Notes: generated by a model from the letters alone, not told the origin. Positions 25,609 to 38,916 are shown, counted from the whole stretch's first letter. The stretch: DNA of 59,962 bases, filler included, from Ionaspis alba (GCA_964255285.1; 4 parts of 4 records of this genome joined end to end with filler, not necessarily neighbours in it), one strand, 5' to 3'. Translations and numbers: made by a program.

Positions 25609-27345
25609 ATGGACGGAGTGAGCTTTGCTTTCGCGACACTAAGCGCGGTCGATTTATGCCTCAAGTACATCTCTCGTCCAACGATGAGTCCAGTAACATT
25701 GGCTGATAGAAACATGAGAGAAGGTACGGAAAAGAATTGATGAGACGATATCGAGTGTATCGGGACGCGGAAACCATCATCCATGAGCTTGTCCTACGCG
25801 TCGAGGATAGATGGCTCAAGATGGAGATTCAGATGGAGTTCCTGCGGTCCGTATGGGATACCTTAGAAGAGCGTCTGCAGCTACACCAAAATCGGGTGCT
25901 CCAGCTACTACTATCGAAGCTTCACGAAGCGCTGGCCATTTTCGACGGCACTGCTGATAGCGAGAAAGATGAGGTTGTTCGAAAAACCGTGGTTGGAAAG
26001 ATGGGTAAGTTGAAGAGAGCCAAATTCGCTATGTCCGTTCGAGACTGTCTGGTCAAGACCGTCCAAGAACTCGAACGCTGGCAAAGTGTCTTTGATCCCT
26101 CATGGTACATACTCATTCGTGTCCATCACTCTGCCATTGACAAGCAGCTTGCGCTGCGGCAGGTTGACGAGCATGCTCATGGTTCGTTATCAATCCTGGG
26201 AAGACTCCGCGCCAGTATCAATGCTCCCTCTGATACCCAGACTCAGAAGAGATCAGTGTTTGTGGAAGAAAGCATCCTGCAGCCAGAGCGATTCGCGATC
26301 CGTCATTCCCAATCTCAATCAGCGATCTTGAAGGCGAGCAAGGAGATGGTGCTCATGGATTCAATTCGCCCAGACGAGAGATTAGACATTACTGCCATGA
26401 CTAGAGACATACGGGACCTTGCAAGAAACCTGTATGAAGTAGACTGCTTTACGTTTGGATTACTCTCATGTCTCGGAGTTATCAAGGTAACTGGTACGGA
26501 GCGCAATATTACAGGCTTCGATTTTGTCTTCAGCATTCCGAAGAGTCTAAGTAATCCTCGAAGTCTTCGCAGCATTTTGCTTGCCCCCGGCTCAAAAACC
26601 TCTCTCAATGAACGTTTCGCTCTGGCAAAACTACTTGCCAGATCAGTCTTCTTTATGCATACTTCGAGCTTTGTGCACAAGAATATTCGTCCAGAGACTA
26701 TCGTTGTCTTCCAAGACGGGACATCGAAAATTGGGAAGCCCTTTCTCGTAGGCTTTGAAAAATTCCGAGTTGATACGACCCACACACACCGGCTTGGAGA
26801 CGACCTATGGGAGCGTAATCTGTACCGACATCCTCAACGACAAGGCCTGAGACCTGAGGAAGACTTCATCATGCAACATGACATATATTCCTTGGGTGTG
26901 GTTCTCCTAGAGATTGGACTACAGACTTCCTTCGTGCGGCTCACCCCGAGACCAATCGACGATAAGTCAGATACCGCTGGTAACAATGAGTCCAGTGAAG
27001 GCATAAGTCAAGCAACACCAACACCAATGCTCAAGATCGCGGATCTCTTGTCCTTGAAAAATATGCGGAAAAAGGCGGATGCTATCAAAGACCGTTTCAT
27101 AGCGATTGCAAATGAGCAACTACCGTGTGCTATGGGCCAGAGATACACAGATGTCGTGATTTCTTGTCTGACCTGCTTGGACAAAGATAACGGCTTCGGC
27201 GATCAGAGCGAGTTTGAGGATCAGGACGGGATACTTGTTGGTGTACGCTACATCGAGAAGGTAAGTCTTGAATCACGGCGATCTGCCGTCTAAGCTCACT
27301 AAGACCCTACAGATCCTTACTCAGCTCGATGGAATCTCCGTCTGA
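25609..27345 (+). CDS. HeLo-like (HET-s/LopB-type) helical domain fused to a pseudokinase
   Basis: Spliced start MDGVSFAFATLSAVDLCLKYGKEL (intron about 25666-25723) and a helical N-domain. Kinase-like C-lobe HKNIRPETIVVF, FLVGFE, LYRHPQRQG, HDIYSLGVVLLEIG. Last intron 27261-27312. Confidence 0.82.
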
Positions 27346-27808
27346 ATATTACAATTTTTGTAGAGTGACCACGAGAAGACCACCGCCTTCGAAAGCTGCC
27401 ATTAACGTGCATGGAGCATGGGCACCACCACCATGCACGAGCTGACCAGCAGCTATGTGACCATGAAGACCATCGATGCGTGGAGCCACAGTCTCAAGAG
27501 ATAGTTCCTTGGTCCGGAGCGTTATCATGCCATTTCCTGCCCAGTGAGCGAGTCAGAGCCTGAGAGTGAGAATGGACTAGGACCATGCTAGGGGCAATAA
27601 TAACAGTCACCAGCATATCACTTCTTCGGTAACGATCATGCGGTGTACAAAAGGAGTAACATCGAGTATGATTATAATATCATTATTCGTATCCTATATC
27701 TCTGGTATCTCTTTTTCCCAACTCCAGCGGCCATGCTCATCAAATCTATACCTCAATCCATGCTATGCAAAATAACTCCAAATGATTATACCATCCACCG
27801 ACCTCTCT

Positions 27809-29544
27809 TTATACTCGACCTCTTTCAAGGTCAACACTGATTTCCTTCTCAAGCTCCTTCTCTTCAGCCTCCGTAACCGGATCAGCCTGACCGGCTTTTT
27901 CTTGACCACCTTGGATCTTCGCCATTGCCTCTTCCGCCTCCCTTGCGAACTTACACATCTTTCTGATGGTGGCTCCATACTTATAGAACAAGATCGGGAA
28001 AGGAACACAAGCAAGTGCTAGGAAAGCAGGGATACTGCTTGCCCAATGGATCCCCAGTTTCTCGTACATCTGTGTGGTGAAGAGAGGGAAAGCTGCACCA
28101 AACAGAGATCGGAGGACACTGTTGGCGGCGAGAACGCTGGCAGCGTAGATGGTATACGAGTCGATGAGGTAGTTCATGATGCTGAGGAATACCATGACCA
28201 TACCAAATCCGAAGGGAGCCGTGCCAATGATCGAAACGATCCAATGAATTTCAGTGCCATTGGTCCAAGCAAACCAAAAGAGACCAATCGGGAGACAAAT
28301 TGAGCCAATAAGTGTCGGTGGTAAACGAGCCTCTGGAGGTGCGCCTCTCTCTCCAGCAGCTCTAGCCTTGGTCTCGACTCGCATATACCGTTTGTTGTCC
28401 CAGAAGGTATAAGCGACAGCGATGAGCATGCCGACAGCCACACCAAGGAAGGCCAAGCCTCCAATACCCGGAGACCAGCCTCGCTGCTGTTGATAGACAA
28501 TCGGAAAGGCGGCGAACATCATATAAAGCGTGCCATAAATGATGGCCATGTACACGCTAAGAAGTGCAACAATCGGCTCACGGAAGAGAAGGATCCATGG
28601 ACGCGACAGAGCAATTTTGAATGCTTGGATGAGCGACGGCTGAGCACTGGGCGATAGTGCGAGTTTCGAGCGATATATCCGGCCTGTCTCTTTCGACAAA
28701 GCTGCAGCCCGCTTACGGAGCAAGACTGGCGGGTAAGTCTCTGGGATCGTAAAGGTACCGATGATCCAAAGGGTACCGGAAAAGATCGCCAGAAGACCCT
28801 CGACCCAGCGCCAGCCTTTGGTCTCGCCTAGGAAGCCTCCAGCAATGGGACCGAGCTATTTAGATATATTAGCTGTCGTGTTCACAAATCGAGACGAAGA
28901 GTAGAACTTACCACCGGCCCCATAAACGGCGCCGCCGAGAAAACAGCCATTGCCAACCCGCGCTGATTCGCAGGAAACATATCCGCAATAACCCCACCCG
29001 CATTCGTCAACGGACTCGATCCAAACGCGCCCGCAAAAAACCTCATAAGCAACACCGTCTCAATATTCTTCCCTCCAGCGGCTCCGGCATTAAACGCCGT
29101 CAAAGCGCCATACGTTCCAAAAAACAAAATCTGCCTCCCATAAAGCTCGCTCAACGGCCCCCACATGAGCGGGCCAATCGCGAATCCCAGCACAAACAAC
29201 GACACCCCCAACACCGCGACCTCAGTGCCGATATGGAATTCCTGCATCAGTTGATTGATGCCACCCACATAGGCGGAGGAAACGAAGGAGACAGCGAGGG
29301 TGGCAAAGGCGACGAGGAGGGTGATGCTCCATTTTTTGAGCTGACTGAAACCCATGGGGTTGCGTGGGTCGTCGGGGATGAATTCCACGACGTAGGGATC
29401 GAGGTCTGTGCCGGAGCCGGCGTATTTGTGGGCGAGGACGGCAGGTGTGAGGAGGGAGTGCGAGGCGACGACTCGCCAGTGGGAGGGGATTGTGGGTTGG
29501 GGAGAGGGTTCGGTGAGGGTTTGGGAGGAGGTTTCCGAGTCCAT
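27809..29544 (-). CDS. MFS drug:H+ antiporter (DHA1 family)
   Basis: DDPRNPMGFS..KKW, SLFVLGFAIGPLMWGPLSELYGR, PETY, PPEARL, YLIDSY, AANSVLRS. Intron 28856-28911. Confidence 0.95.
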
Positions 29545-29969
29545 TTTGTGGGTGGGGAAGAGATTTCGGGTGGAAGAGAAGGAGGAAGGTGGAAGGGTCG
29601 TGTGGTAGAGGCCGATTCGACGGGTTGATGCTTTGTTGGTGGTTGAAGAACGTTGATGAGGAACGATGATGCTGATTAGAGTATAGGAAAAGTCCTTGGA
29701 TGTACTTGGTATGACACAATGCTAGGATGATTGAACACCAGGACAGAGCAGAAGTCTATATAGTACCTCTCTCGGATATACACGACCCACATCCAATGTC
29801 CGAGATACTCTCCTGCTCAGCTAAGGTAATCAAGAATGCGAAAGCAACGATGCAAGAACCAATACCGGCAGCCCGGTATAATAGTCGTCGATACTCTCTG
29901 CATAAAAAAACCCCGAACTCCCAATCCCCTTACCAATCCCCGCACTTTCCCCCAACGCGCAACCCGTAT

Positions 29970-30069
29970 NNNNNNNNNNNNNNNNNNNNNNNNNNNNNNN
30001 NNNNNNNNNNNNNTTAATTAATTAANNNNNNNNNNNNNNNNNNNNNNNNNNNNNNNNNNNNNNNNNNNN
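29970..30069. other. Artificial scaffold-joining linker
   Basis: N44 + TTAATTAATTAA + N44. Confidence 0.97.
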
Positions 30070-32412
30070 GGCGTGGGTGGTGAGGGTGGAGGGGTTCATT
30101 ATTGTGCGTGAGGAGGGGTGGGGGTGTAATGAGGAAGGTGTACTCGAAGAGAAAGGTAGGTAGATAGATGGTCTTGGGGGATTTGGTGGTAGGAGAGGTG
30201 GTTACTGGATCTGGTTAGGCGAGGTCAATAGTACGGAGTTTTCTCCGTGTTGGCTTCTATGGAGTGGGTTTCTATGTAGGTCAAAAGCCATGGTGTTATA
30301 TTATTACTGTACATCGGACTAGCGGTATGGTAGGCTTGAGTTGAATTCTCATAAGCTGTTCTCCCTGCACCTTTTCGAACTTCTTCCCCTTCTTGCGCGT
30401 GGTGATTTTCTAATTGATAGACTGAAGTACATGAGGTGTAGGATAAAGTTGATGAGGCGCAAGCTGTATAGATCAGTGGGCACTTAATGTAGCATGGCTT
30501 GGGTACCCCATGGGGTCGTTTGTATGCACGAATTGGAGAGTTTGAGTGGTTTGTGTTGTGGTGTTTGAGGATCCATGGAGATGAATACCTACTTGCCCTA
30601 GAAGGATGTGTATATAACTGTGCATGTGAAGGGACATAGGGATCCAATCCACTTGTTCTACTATTATTCCAACATGATTTATATATCACATCAAACGAGA
30701 ATTCAGCGTGAAAGCCTTCCGAACGAGTCACAGCAATGGCCAAGTTGAATTATGGCAAATCTTCACCATACAAAATATCAAGATCACGATCAATTCACGC
30801 AATTCCGGAGCTCCGCTGCAACAACCACTCAACCTGCGTGGAGCCTGGGGGACTCCTGCTTGGTCTCAAAGGATTAGGCCCCAAACAGGTTCATGGTGGT
30901 GCCACAAAACATGGAATTGGCCCGGCTCGTTGGTTACGTCTTAGCTCGGACTAGCCCTTCCCCTACAGCCTTAGGTAAGCTTGGCGTAATGGGTTTCAGC
31001 GGAAAGTGTCTGATTGGCGGGAAAAAGCTGTTCTCAACCACCATGTTGAAGAGAAAAAAGCATGCCAGGATTTTGGATTTTTTGAGCCCAACGAGATAAT
31101 GGAGGGCCGGAACATCAGCGTTGGAGAATTCCCTCATCTAACGAGAATGTATAGGTACCTGTTTTGAAACCAACCTGTGTACTCATAACGCTTTATGGCT
31201 CTCTTTCGATCATGACACCGCCACGGATAGGAGAGAGCCTATAGGGCTCGGCAGATCATATGTTGATCGTAGTTATGGAAAGCCGGTCCATGGGTATCCG
31301 CTCGAGTGTAAGAGTCGATAAGGATTCACGGCTGGCACGTTCTATGGTTCACATCTGCCGTCGTGCTGCGCCGATCTTCGTATAATGCAAAGCATCGTGG
31401 ACCTTGTGGACAGAAGAACCAAGGTGGTGGAAGTGCTTGTACGTACACCGCACATCCATTCTCCACTTTGAACCAATCAGTCAATCGAGTTGGTGAATAG
31501 GGGGTGATGCATGATTTGCGTCGATTCGTGCCATCCGGTCGGTTGGGACAATCAAGGCCTTTCCGGGGCAGAAGTTGGTAGGTGATGTTGAGTGTGCACG
31601 TCATACCAATGTAACCGTTCGGCATGCATTGTTTGCGGCAAGAGCTACCATGCATCGGGACGATCTACGATGATGGTTGCCAGTTCCTGCAATACTAGCG
31701 CCACAAGCTTGGCTAGGGCTTCGGGAATCCCAGTCTCCATAGGCGGGATTGACTTTCCGCCAAGTCAGGTTCTTTCCTTCTTATCTTTGGGAGCTCCCTG
31801 GCTGACGAGACATTGCCAATCAGAAGCTGCCCCAACTGCACGCTGTTTTGAAATAGACATTCCCCATCCACAGCTCTTCCCGGAAGCCTCCGAATGAGCC
31901 ACACTGAGCTCTAAAACTATCCCTGTATGTTGTGTTTCGCGCACCTTCCAGACAGCGTCTCCAGTATCAAAATAACAATTTCACTTACGTAGTGACCCCA
32001 TGGTAACTTTCTCTGGAACCTTCCTTGACGAGAACGTGACGTCGAGGGAGCTTTCCCCGGATTCCATTTATACGAATGCCATATTTTCGACTTCACCATG
32101 CATCTCATTATAAACCCCTCCGATTCACTTTTTTTTTAACACTCACTCCCATCCTCAACACTTCCTAACAAGCACCCTATAAAGCCCACACCTGTCCGAC
32201 AGCTTCTTACTTTCTTATGACTACCTCCTCTCAACGCCCACTTCAACTTTTCTTTACACCAAACAGTCATCAACCATTACCATTACCACTCCCATAGCCC
32301 TTGATCCGACCACTCAAGGCAATTCTTTCTTACCTATTACACCTTGATCTCACCGGAAACCAACATCCAAGCATACCTTTCACAGACAAGTCATCTAAAC
32401 TCAGTCTCCACA

Positions 32413-33305
32413 ATGTCTGCACAAAAGAAATATGAGATCGTGATCGCACACTACAACGAGGACCTCTCGTGGCTCAAGGATGAGCTCAAGTCTGCAACCA
32501 TCTACTCTAAGGGTGGTGACAAGAATTCGCCCTCGGTCCCATGTCACGTTTTGCCGAACATCGGGCGTGAAGGTCACACTTACCTTCACCATATCGTCGC
32601 CAACTACGACACCCTGGCCGATGTGACTATTTTTCTTCAAGGTCACATCGATGATCACATCTCCATCAGCCTGAAAGATATCAAGAAACGTTCTCTGGCG
32701 ACCAAACCTGGCCGAGTCACGACCTTCCCTTTCCGCGAACTGGAACTCTTCGACCATTGGGACGGCATCCCATGGGATAACTACCCCAGCTGGAAGAAGT
32801 GGACTTCCATGAAGTCTGTGAAGGCAGCCAAAACTCCACGCGAGTACTGGCAGCAGTTCTTTCCCAACACCCCTGTACCCGACTGTGTTGGATTCCAGCC
32901 AGGCGCACTCTTCGCCGTCCACAAAGACACCATCCGTCGACACACCCACGAAACTTACAAGGACATGCTCCAGAGCTTGTTCCTTGGTGACATGGCTGAC
33001 GTCAATCCTGAGACTGGCCACCACATGGAGCGGTTCTGGCTTGCGATGTGGGACCCGAGTGAGTACTGCTGCTTCGACAAGGAGAAGGACACCGCTATGG
33101 TGCAGCGCAATCAATTCGGGCAGCTGGCGAAGGGTCGCTGGCATGTGACTCCCATTGGTGTTGAGGTCGACCCGGGCATCGTGGATCCCAGGAAGATTGG
33201 GTACGTTGTCCTCAAACAGTCATTCTGTGAATTGGCCACTAACACAGCTCGCATTACAGGCTCGAGACGCCTCCTCCCTCCGACGAGGGCAGCCCATCTC
33301 CTTAG
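32413..33305 (+). CDS. DUF3431-like protein
   Basis: EIVIAHYNEDLSWL, IYSKG, LPNIGREGHTYLHHIVANYDTLADVTIFLQG, ALFAV, HHMERFW. Intron 33201-33259, then a short last exon GLETPPPSDEGSPSP-stop. Confidence 0.75.
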
Positions 33306-34032
33306 GCACCGGCCCGCTGTCACTGGCACATGCCTAACTGTTCTTGATTTTGCAGCGACGACGGGAGGAAATTGCTCGCGACGAGCTCTTGATTAGCAAC
33401 AAGCGAACATGGGGAGGTCTAGTGCTCACACTGAGCTTTCTTTTTTCCTAGCGACGGAGATGGCAGGATCGGCGTGATAGGCACATTTGGGGGGACACAC
33501 TTGGCTGGAAGAGCTTACGAACTCTGTCCTTTGTGATACCACTCGCACCGGCTGCAAGAAACTTGCACGACCACAGCGACTTCGAATAATTGTGAACTTT
33601 GAAATAATGGCAAACATGCTTTGACTCTTTAATCATTCATCCTTACACAATGGATATACCGTGATAATCGAGTTGCTGTAGGAATCAAAAGTAACCCCAG
33701 CATAGAGTGAAAATTATCGTAACAATCCCCATTCGCACGTCATCGCATCGAACGCGATCCCTACCTCCCACATCCCACATCCCTGCCATGACGTGCGCGC
33801 TGTTACACACGCGCGAGTCAGAGGCCAACAAGCGCTTTTTGGGCTCGGGTTTCACGATCTCACATGACAGAGACTATTATCTGATCCACCGAATTGAGTG
33901 AGAATAATAAATCCTGTTACTGGGGATAAGCAATTCCAACGTTAAGCCGAATCGCGCAGGGATTATTGTATATGCAGATGATTTAGATTTCTTGTCCTCG
34001 GGAGTCCACTACTGTGCCTTGGATAGTCGGCA

Positions 34033-36092
34033 ATGGCACCGCCGCAACAGATATGGAAAGGCCAGGCTCGCATCAAGGGCTATACGCAGACGCAGCGGAT
34101 GGCGTTGTTGACGACTAGTTTGATTGGACTTCAGTACGCCTTATATCCTTCAATCATCTCTGGTCTATCTACTAATGGTATATGTAGATTCGTCTGGGGA
34201 ATCGAAATGTCCTGTGCGCTTCCCCCAACATCATCTATCCTTTACCGTCACCAGATATCTACTCGTCCCTTACCCACCGTTCCCTCTTCTCATCCCCCGC
34301 CCGGCCTCCTATTTCCAATTCCCAAATTAACCTCCATTCTCTTCTCCAGATTTCACGCCCCACCTCCTCCAACTCGGCCTCGCCAAATCGCAGACCTCCC
34401 TCGTCTGGATCGCACCTCCCCTCTCCGGCCTCATCGTCCAGCCCCTCATCGGCACGATCTCAGATGCGTCGTGCTCACGATGGGGCAGGCGGAGACCGTT
34501 TATGCTCGGGTGTGCGGTGTTGGTTGCTGTTTTCTTGATGACGTTGGGGTGGGCGGAGGAGTGCGTGGGACGGTGGGTATGTTTTTGTGTTTCCCTTTTG
34601 TTTGGGCAGGGTAGAGGGGGGGAAGATGGGAGAGATGTGGGCTGACGCAGGAATAGGGGAAGCAGGTTACAGTCGGTTTGGCGATTTTTTGTATCTATGC
34701 GGTGGATTTTGCTATTAATGGAGGTGAGTCTGAGCTCGGGAAACTGAGCCTGAACAGAGAAGCGGTTGGGCTGATGATAAATGTGCAGTACAAGCGACAT
34801 CACGCAGTCTGATTGTTGATTCTTTGCCGGTCTCGCAGCAGCAGATGGGTTCCGCGTGGGGTACGACTCTGATCCATCTTTGATGGAATTGTTACTGATG
34901 GAACTATCCAGCTGGCAGAATGCTCGGCTTCGGGCATGTGTTGGGCTACTTTGTGGGTACGCTGGACCTTTTGAAGTTCTTTGGGACTAGACTTGGAGCG
35001 ACCCAGTTCAAGCAGGTCTGCATTGTTGCGTCTGTCATCATCAATTTGTGCATTGGCATTACCTGTTTTTGCGTAGAGGAGCGAGTTCTACTTTCTGGGG
35101 GGTGAGCGTTTCGAACAATAATTTTTGTCCTTGAGGGATGACAGCTAATACTGAGTGCTCAGAAACGGCGATGTTGGACCGGGTCCAATAGCAATGTTCA
35201 TGACTGTGGTTAAGACGACGTTGAATTTGCCGAGGAAGATCAGGGCNNNNNNNNNNNNNNNNNNNNNNNNNNNNNNNNNNNNNNNNNNNNNNNNNNNNNN
35301 NNNNNNNNNNNNNNNNNNNNNNNNNNNNNNNNNNNNNNNNNNNNNNTTACCTTGGCTTGTCGAATCGCCAGAAGATGATACACTATCGCCAGTACGAAGC
35401 AATCCTAAACCTCTTCCTTCATCAGACGGTCTGTTACAAAGGTATAGACCCGATCTCACAACTGCTTGGGGACTTTCTCAAGTCCTGTTCGGCACCTCGA
35501 TGGTCTTGGCTCCTGTTTCTAGATCATTCCAGTTTGCGACCACCCTGATGGCCTTGTGTGGAATGTAAGTCATATCAACCCCATCTAAGCAGACACAAGA
35601 ATGACCGAAGTGGCAACTAGACCATGGGCCATGTATGGATGGGCACCACTCGCTCTCATTGGCGAGGAGATCAACAAACTTGAAAACTCAACTGGAGTAG
35701 AGATGAGCTCAAGAGCCACAACTGATGGCTACGTCGAGCTGTCTCGAGCATCTGACGAGACCGTTCACGCGGCCACTGCGGAGGAACGTCCGGCCCAACC
35801 AGAAGGGCCTGCTGACGACACAGGCGGCATGGCCGGGGTGTACTTGGGTATATGGAACATCTTCGCTACTATACCGCAATTCATTGCCACATTCATAGCA
35901 ATGATCGCATTCGCTATCCTGGAGCCGGGCAAGAGTCCGGAATTGGCGGAAGGCACGACTGGGGATGATACGACGTCGACGAAGGCCATCACTCAGGGAT
36001 TGAGTGGAACTGCTCTTTGCTTGGCTATTGGTGCAATATGTTCTTTCATAGCTGCAACGCAGAGTTTTAGATTACGTAGATATCAGAATTGA
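34033..36092 (+). CDS. Sucrose / general alpha-glucoside:H+ symporter (SUC/SUT, SLC45-like MFS), interrupted by a gap
   Basis: Spliced pieces FVWGIEMS, SLVWIAPPLSGLIVQPLIGTISD, WGRRRPFML, IYAVDFAIN, RSLIVDSLP, GVYLGIWNIFATIPQF. Many introns; gap 35247-35346. Confidence 0.85.
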
Positions 36093-36574
36093 TCGACGCG
36101 GGGATTGATACCCCGCAAAGTTCTCCATGGCCGGGATATCAACGGGCTTGCGTCGCGACTTGGAAAGAGTGGAGAAGTGGTACGAATGGGACAGCCAAGC
36201 AGCGGGCCGATCGGAGCTGAATGGGGTTACCTTGTTCAGGTTCGTATGCAAAAATAGCAGGTCGTTTGCAGGTCGCCCCAGCACAGCCGGGGTTAAGCTC
36301 GGCAATACCTAAGCTGGTTGGGGGACACATACGTATTAGCCCCCTTGACTGACCTTATCAGCCATCTTCCAAAGATTGCCCCCATAGAACTTCACAGGGT
36401 TCACTCTGCACTCATCACTTTCACTCAATTTCTTCGCGCATTAATTTACTTAGTCACTCGCTATATCACACACAACTCTCTAATCACATGGAAGAAATGC
36501 AGCGATAGCAATTCTATAACAACCTTGTCCTGTCGCAATCGCATCAAGGTGATGCATGAACAGCGAACAGCTAG

Positions 36575-38916
36575 ATGGCGAAGTGTTCGTATTGTGTCTC
36601 CTGGAACCCAAGACCTGCATGCTAACATTCATCAATAGGGCGTTATGGTATAGTCGTTGATGCAGGTTGGTGTCTTGCTATTATCATTGCCATTGTGATA
36701 TGGTGGCTGACGACAGGTGTTTTGTTATGACAGGCTCATCCGGCTCCAGAATCCACGTATACCGTTGGCTGGACAGCGCACGAGCGCGCCAGGAAGCAGA
36801 TGCGCGTCAGTTACAGTCGTTACCAGTGGTGAAGACCAAAAAGAGCTGGACAAAAAAAATACATCCTGGTGGGTTCCATGTCTTGTATCAGGTTGGCCAA
36901 GGAACAGCGACTGATAAGACCCAACCAACTTTAGGTGTCTCCACATTTGCCGATAAACCAGACCTCGTCGGACCAGATCATCTGAAGACACTGTTCGATC
37001 ATGCGCTCGATATAATACCAGAAGATGCCGTACATGATACCCCAATCTTCCTCCTTGCGACAGCAGGAGTCCGGCTTCTACCGGCCCTAGAGCGCAAGGA
37101 ATTACTAAAACACATCTGCTCATACGCTCGCACAAACACGAATTTCTTACTGCCGGATTGCGATTTACACATCCAGGTCATTCCGGGAGAGACCGAGGGG
37201 TTATATGGTTGGATCGCTGCTAATTATCTGCTGGGAGGATTTGATGCGCCAGCAGAACACGACCATGGAAAAGGACATCATACATATGGGTTCCTGGATA
37301 TGGGAGGTGCCTCAGCACAGATTGCTTTCGCGCCAAATGCCACGGAAGCTGAACGACATGCCGATGACTTGAAGCTACTCCGGATGAGAACTATAGACGG
37401 AGCAGTCTCGCAATACAAGGTCTTCGTCACTACATGGCTTGGGTTCGGTGTGCACGAGGCGAGGAAGAGATATGTGGAAAGTCTGATCAAAGGCACAGAC
37501 CCTGTTGATGGGGAACTACCAGATCCGTGTCTTCCAGTGGGACTCCGTATCACTACTAAGGGGGATGTCCTAGTCCCAGACAAGGTACTCGGGAAAGAAC
37601 CACATTTGCTTGGAACTGGCCAATTCAAAGAGTGCCTGCGGTCCACCGTACCTCTATTGGACAAGGACGCACCTTGCACCAACCCGCCATGTCTTCTCCA
37701 TGGAGTCCACGTACCTGCCATTGACTTCGACGTCAACCACTTCGTTGGAGTGAGTGAATATTGGCATACCACGCACGAGGTCTTTGAGATGGGCCATAAG
37801 GAAAAGGCCTACGACGTCAACACATATCAAGAACGAGTCATGAAGTTCTGTTCCGAGGACTGGAAGACGATAGAAAAGGGTATAAAAACCCATGAATGGG
37901 GAAAGAAAGTGGATGAAGCTACTGCAGTCGAAGTATGCTTCAAGGCAAGCTGGCTCATCAACGTCCTTCACGAAGGTATTGGCATACCTCGTGTTGGACT
38001 TGAAAACACCCAGGGCAGTGGCGTCAACGGCACCAAGGAAGTCCTCGAGAATGCCAAGGCCAAGGGCTTCACAGATCCTTTCCAAGCAGTCGACAAAATC
38101 GAAGACACCGAAGTCAGCTGGACGCTTGGAAAAATGGTCCTTTATGCCGCAAGCCAGATCCCACCCAAGAAAACCAACACTCTTCCCGTAGGATTCGGAA
38201 GCAATGTCCCCGGCGTACCCCTGGACTTCCAATTCGCCGGCTCCAAGCACACCCCCACCGCAAACATCACCTACGGCCACGATGCCGACGACGTCGAAGC
38301 TGAAGGCTGGCGAGACACCCTCTTCGAAGGCAAAACTCCCCGCCGCATCCCTGGCTTCCTCCTCTTCATGCTCATCGTCTGCATCGCCGTCTTCCTCCTC
38401 TGCGGCAAAGACCGCCGCTCCCGCTTCTACCACAAGATCCTCTTCCCTTTCTCTCGCGGTGGTGGTGGCAGTCGCTTGAACAGGCGGCGTGGTATTTTCC
38501 TCAGTAAATCTCCTTTCCTTGCTTCTCGGAACGATATGAGCGCCCACGAGCGCTTGCTGGAAACTGGCATTACCGCACCTGAGGATTTCGAACTCGGCTC
38601 TATGGATGGTGCTTCCGATGACGAGGAACATTCGGATTCGTCGTCGGGCAGCAAGACCGGGAAGACGTCTGGATGGGCCACGCCGAGTATCCGCACACCG
38701 AAGATGGACAGCCACTCTGCGTCTGATAGTGGTGGGTCCGGGATTGGGTTGGGCTTGGGACCGACTTTCAATGCGATGAATCGGAGCGGCTTGATCGTTA
38801 GGACCGAGAGTCGGGAGAGGTTGCAGCTTTCTCAGGTAGGAGAAGGGAGGCGGAGTAGGAGAGGCAGCCCGACGAGGTTTAAGAGCCCATTGATGGGTCC
38901 TTTAGCGGAGTATTGA
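36575..38916 (+). CDS. YND1: Golgi apyrase (GDA1/CD39 family)
   Basis: Micro-exons give MAKWRYGIVVDAGSSGSR (ACR1); LATAGVR, GETEGLYGWIAANY, DMGGASAQI, SWTLG. One C-terminal TM helix plus cytosolic tail, as in Ynd1. Confidence 0.92.

Noticed and set aside
27411..27563. His-rich mini-ORF MEHGHHHHARAD... downstream of the pseudokinase
   Set aside because: About 50 codons in a probable 3'UTR region, with no supporting signals.
27809..36092. MFS transporter + DUF3431-like gene + sugar permease as a metabolic cluster
   Set aside because: The DHA1 gene is on a different scaffold (linker at 29970), and no backbone biosynthetic enzyme is present.
37654..38715. 353-aa minus-strand ORF (similarly 13544-14383 and 32401-33144)
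   Set aside because: Antisense shadows of well-supported genes with biased codon usage.
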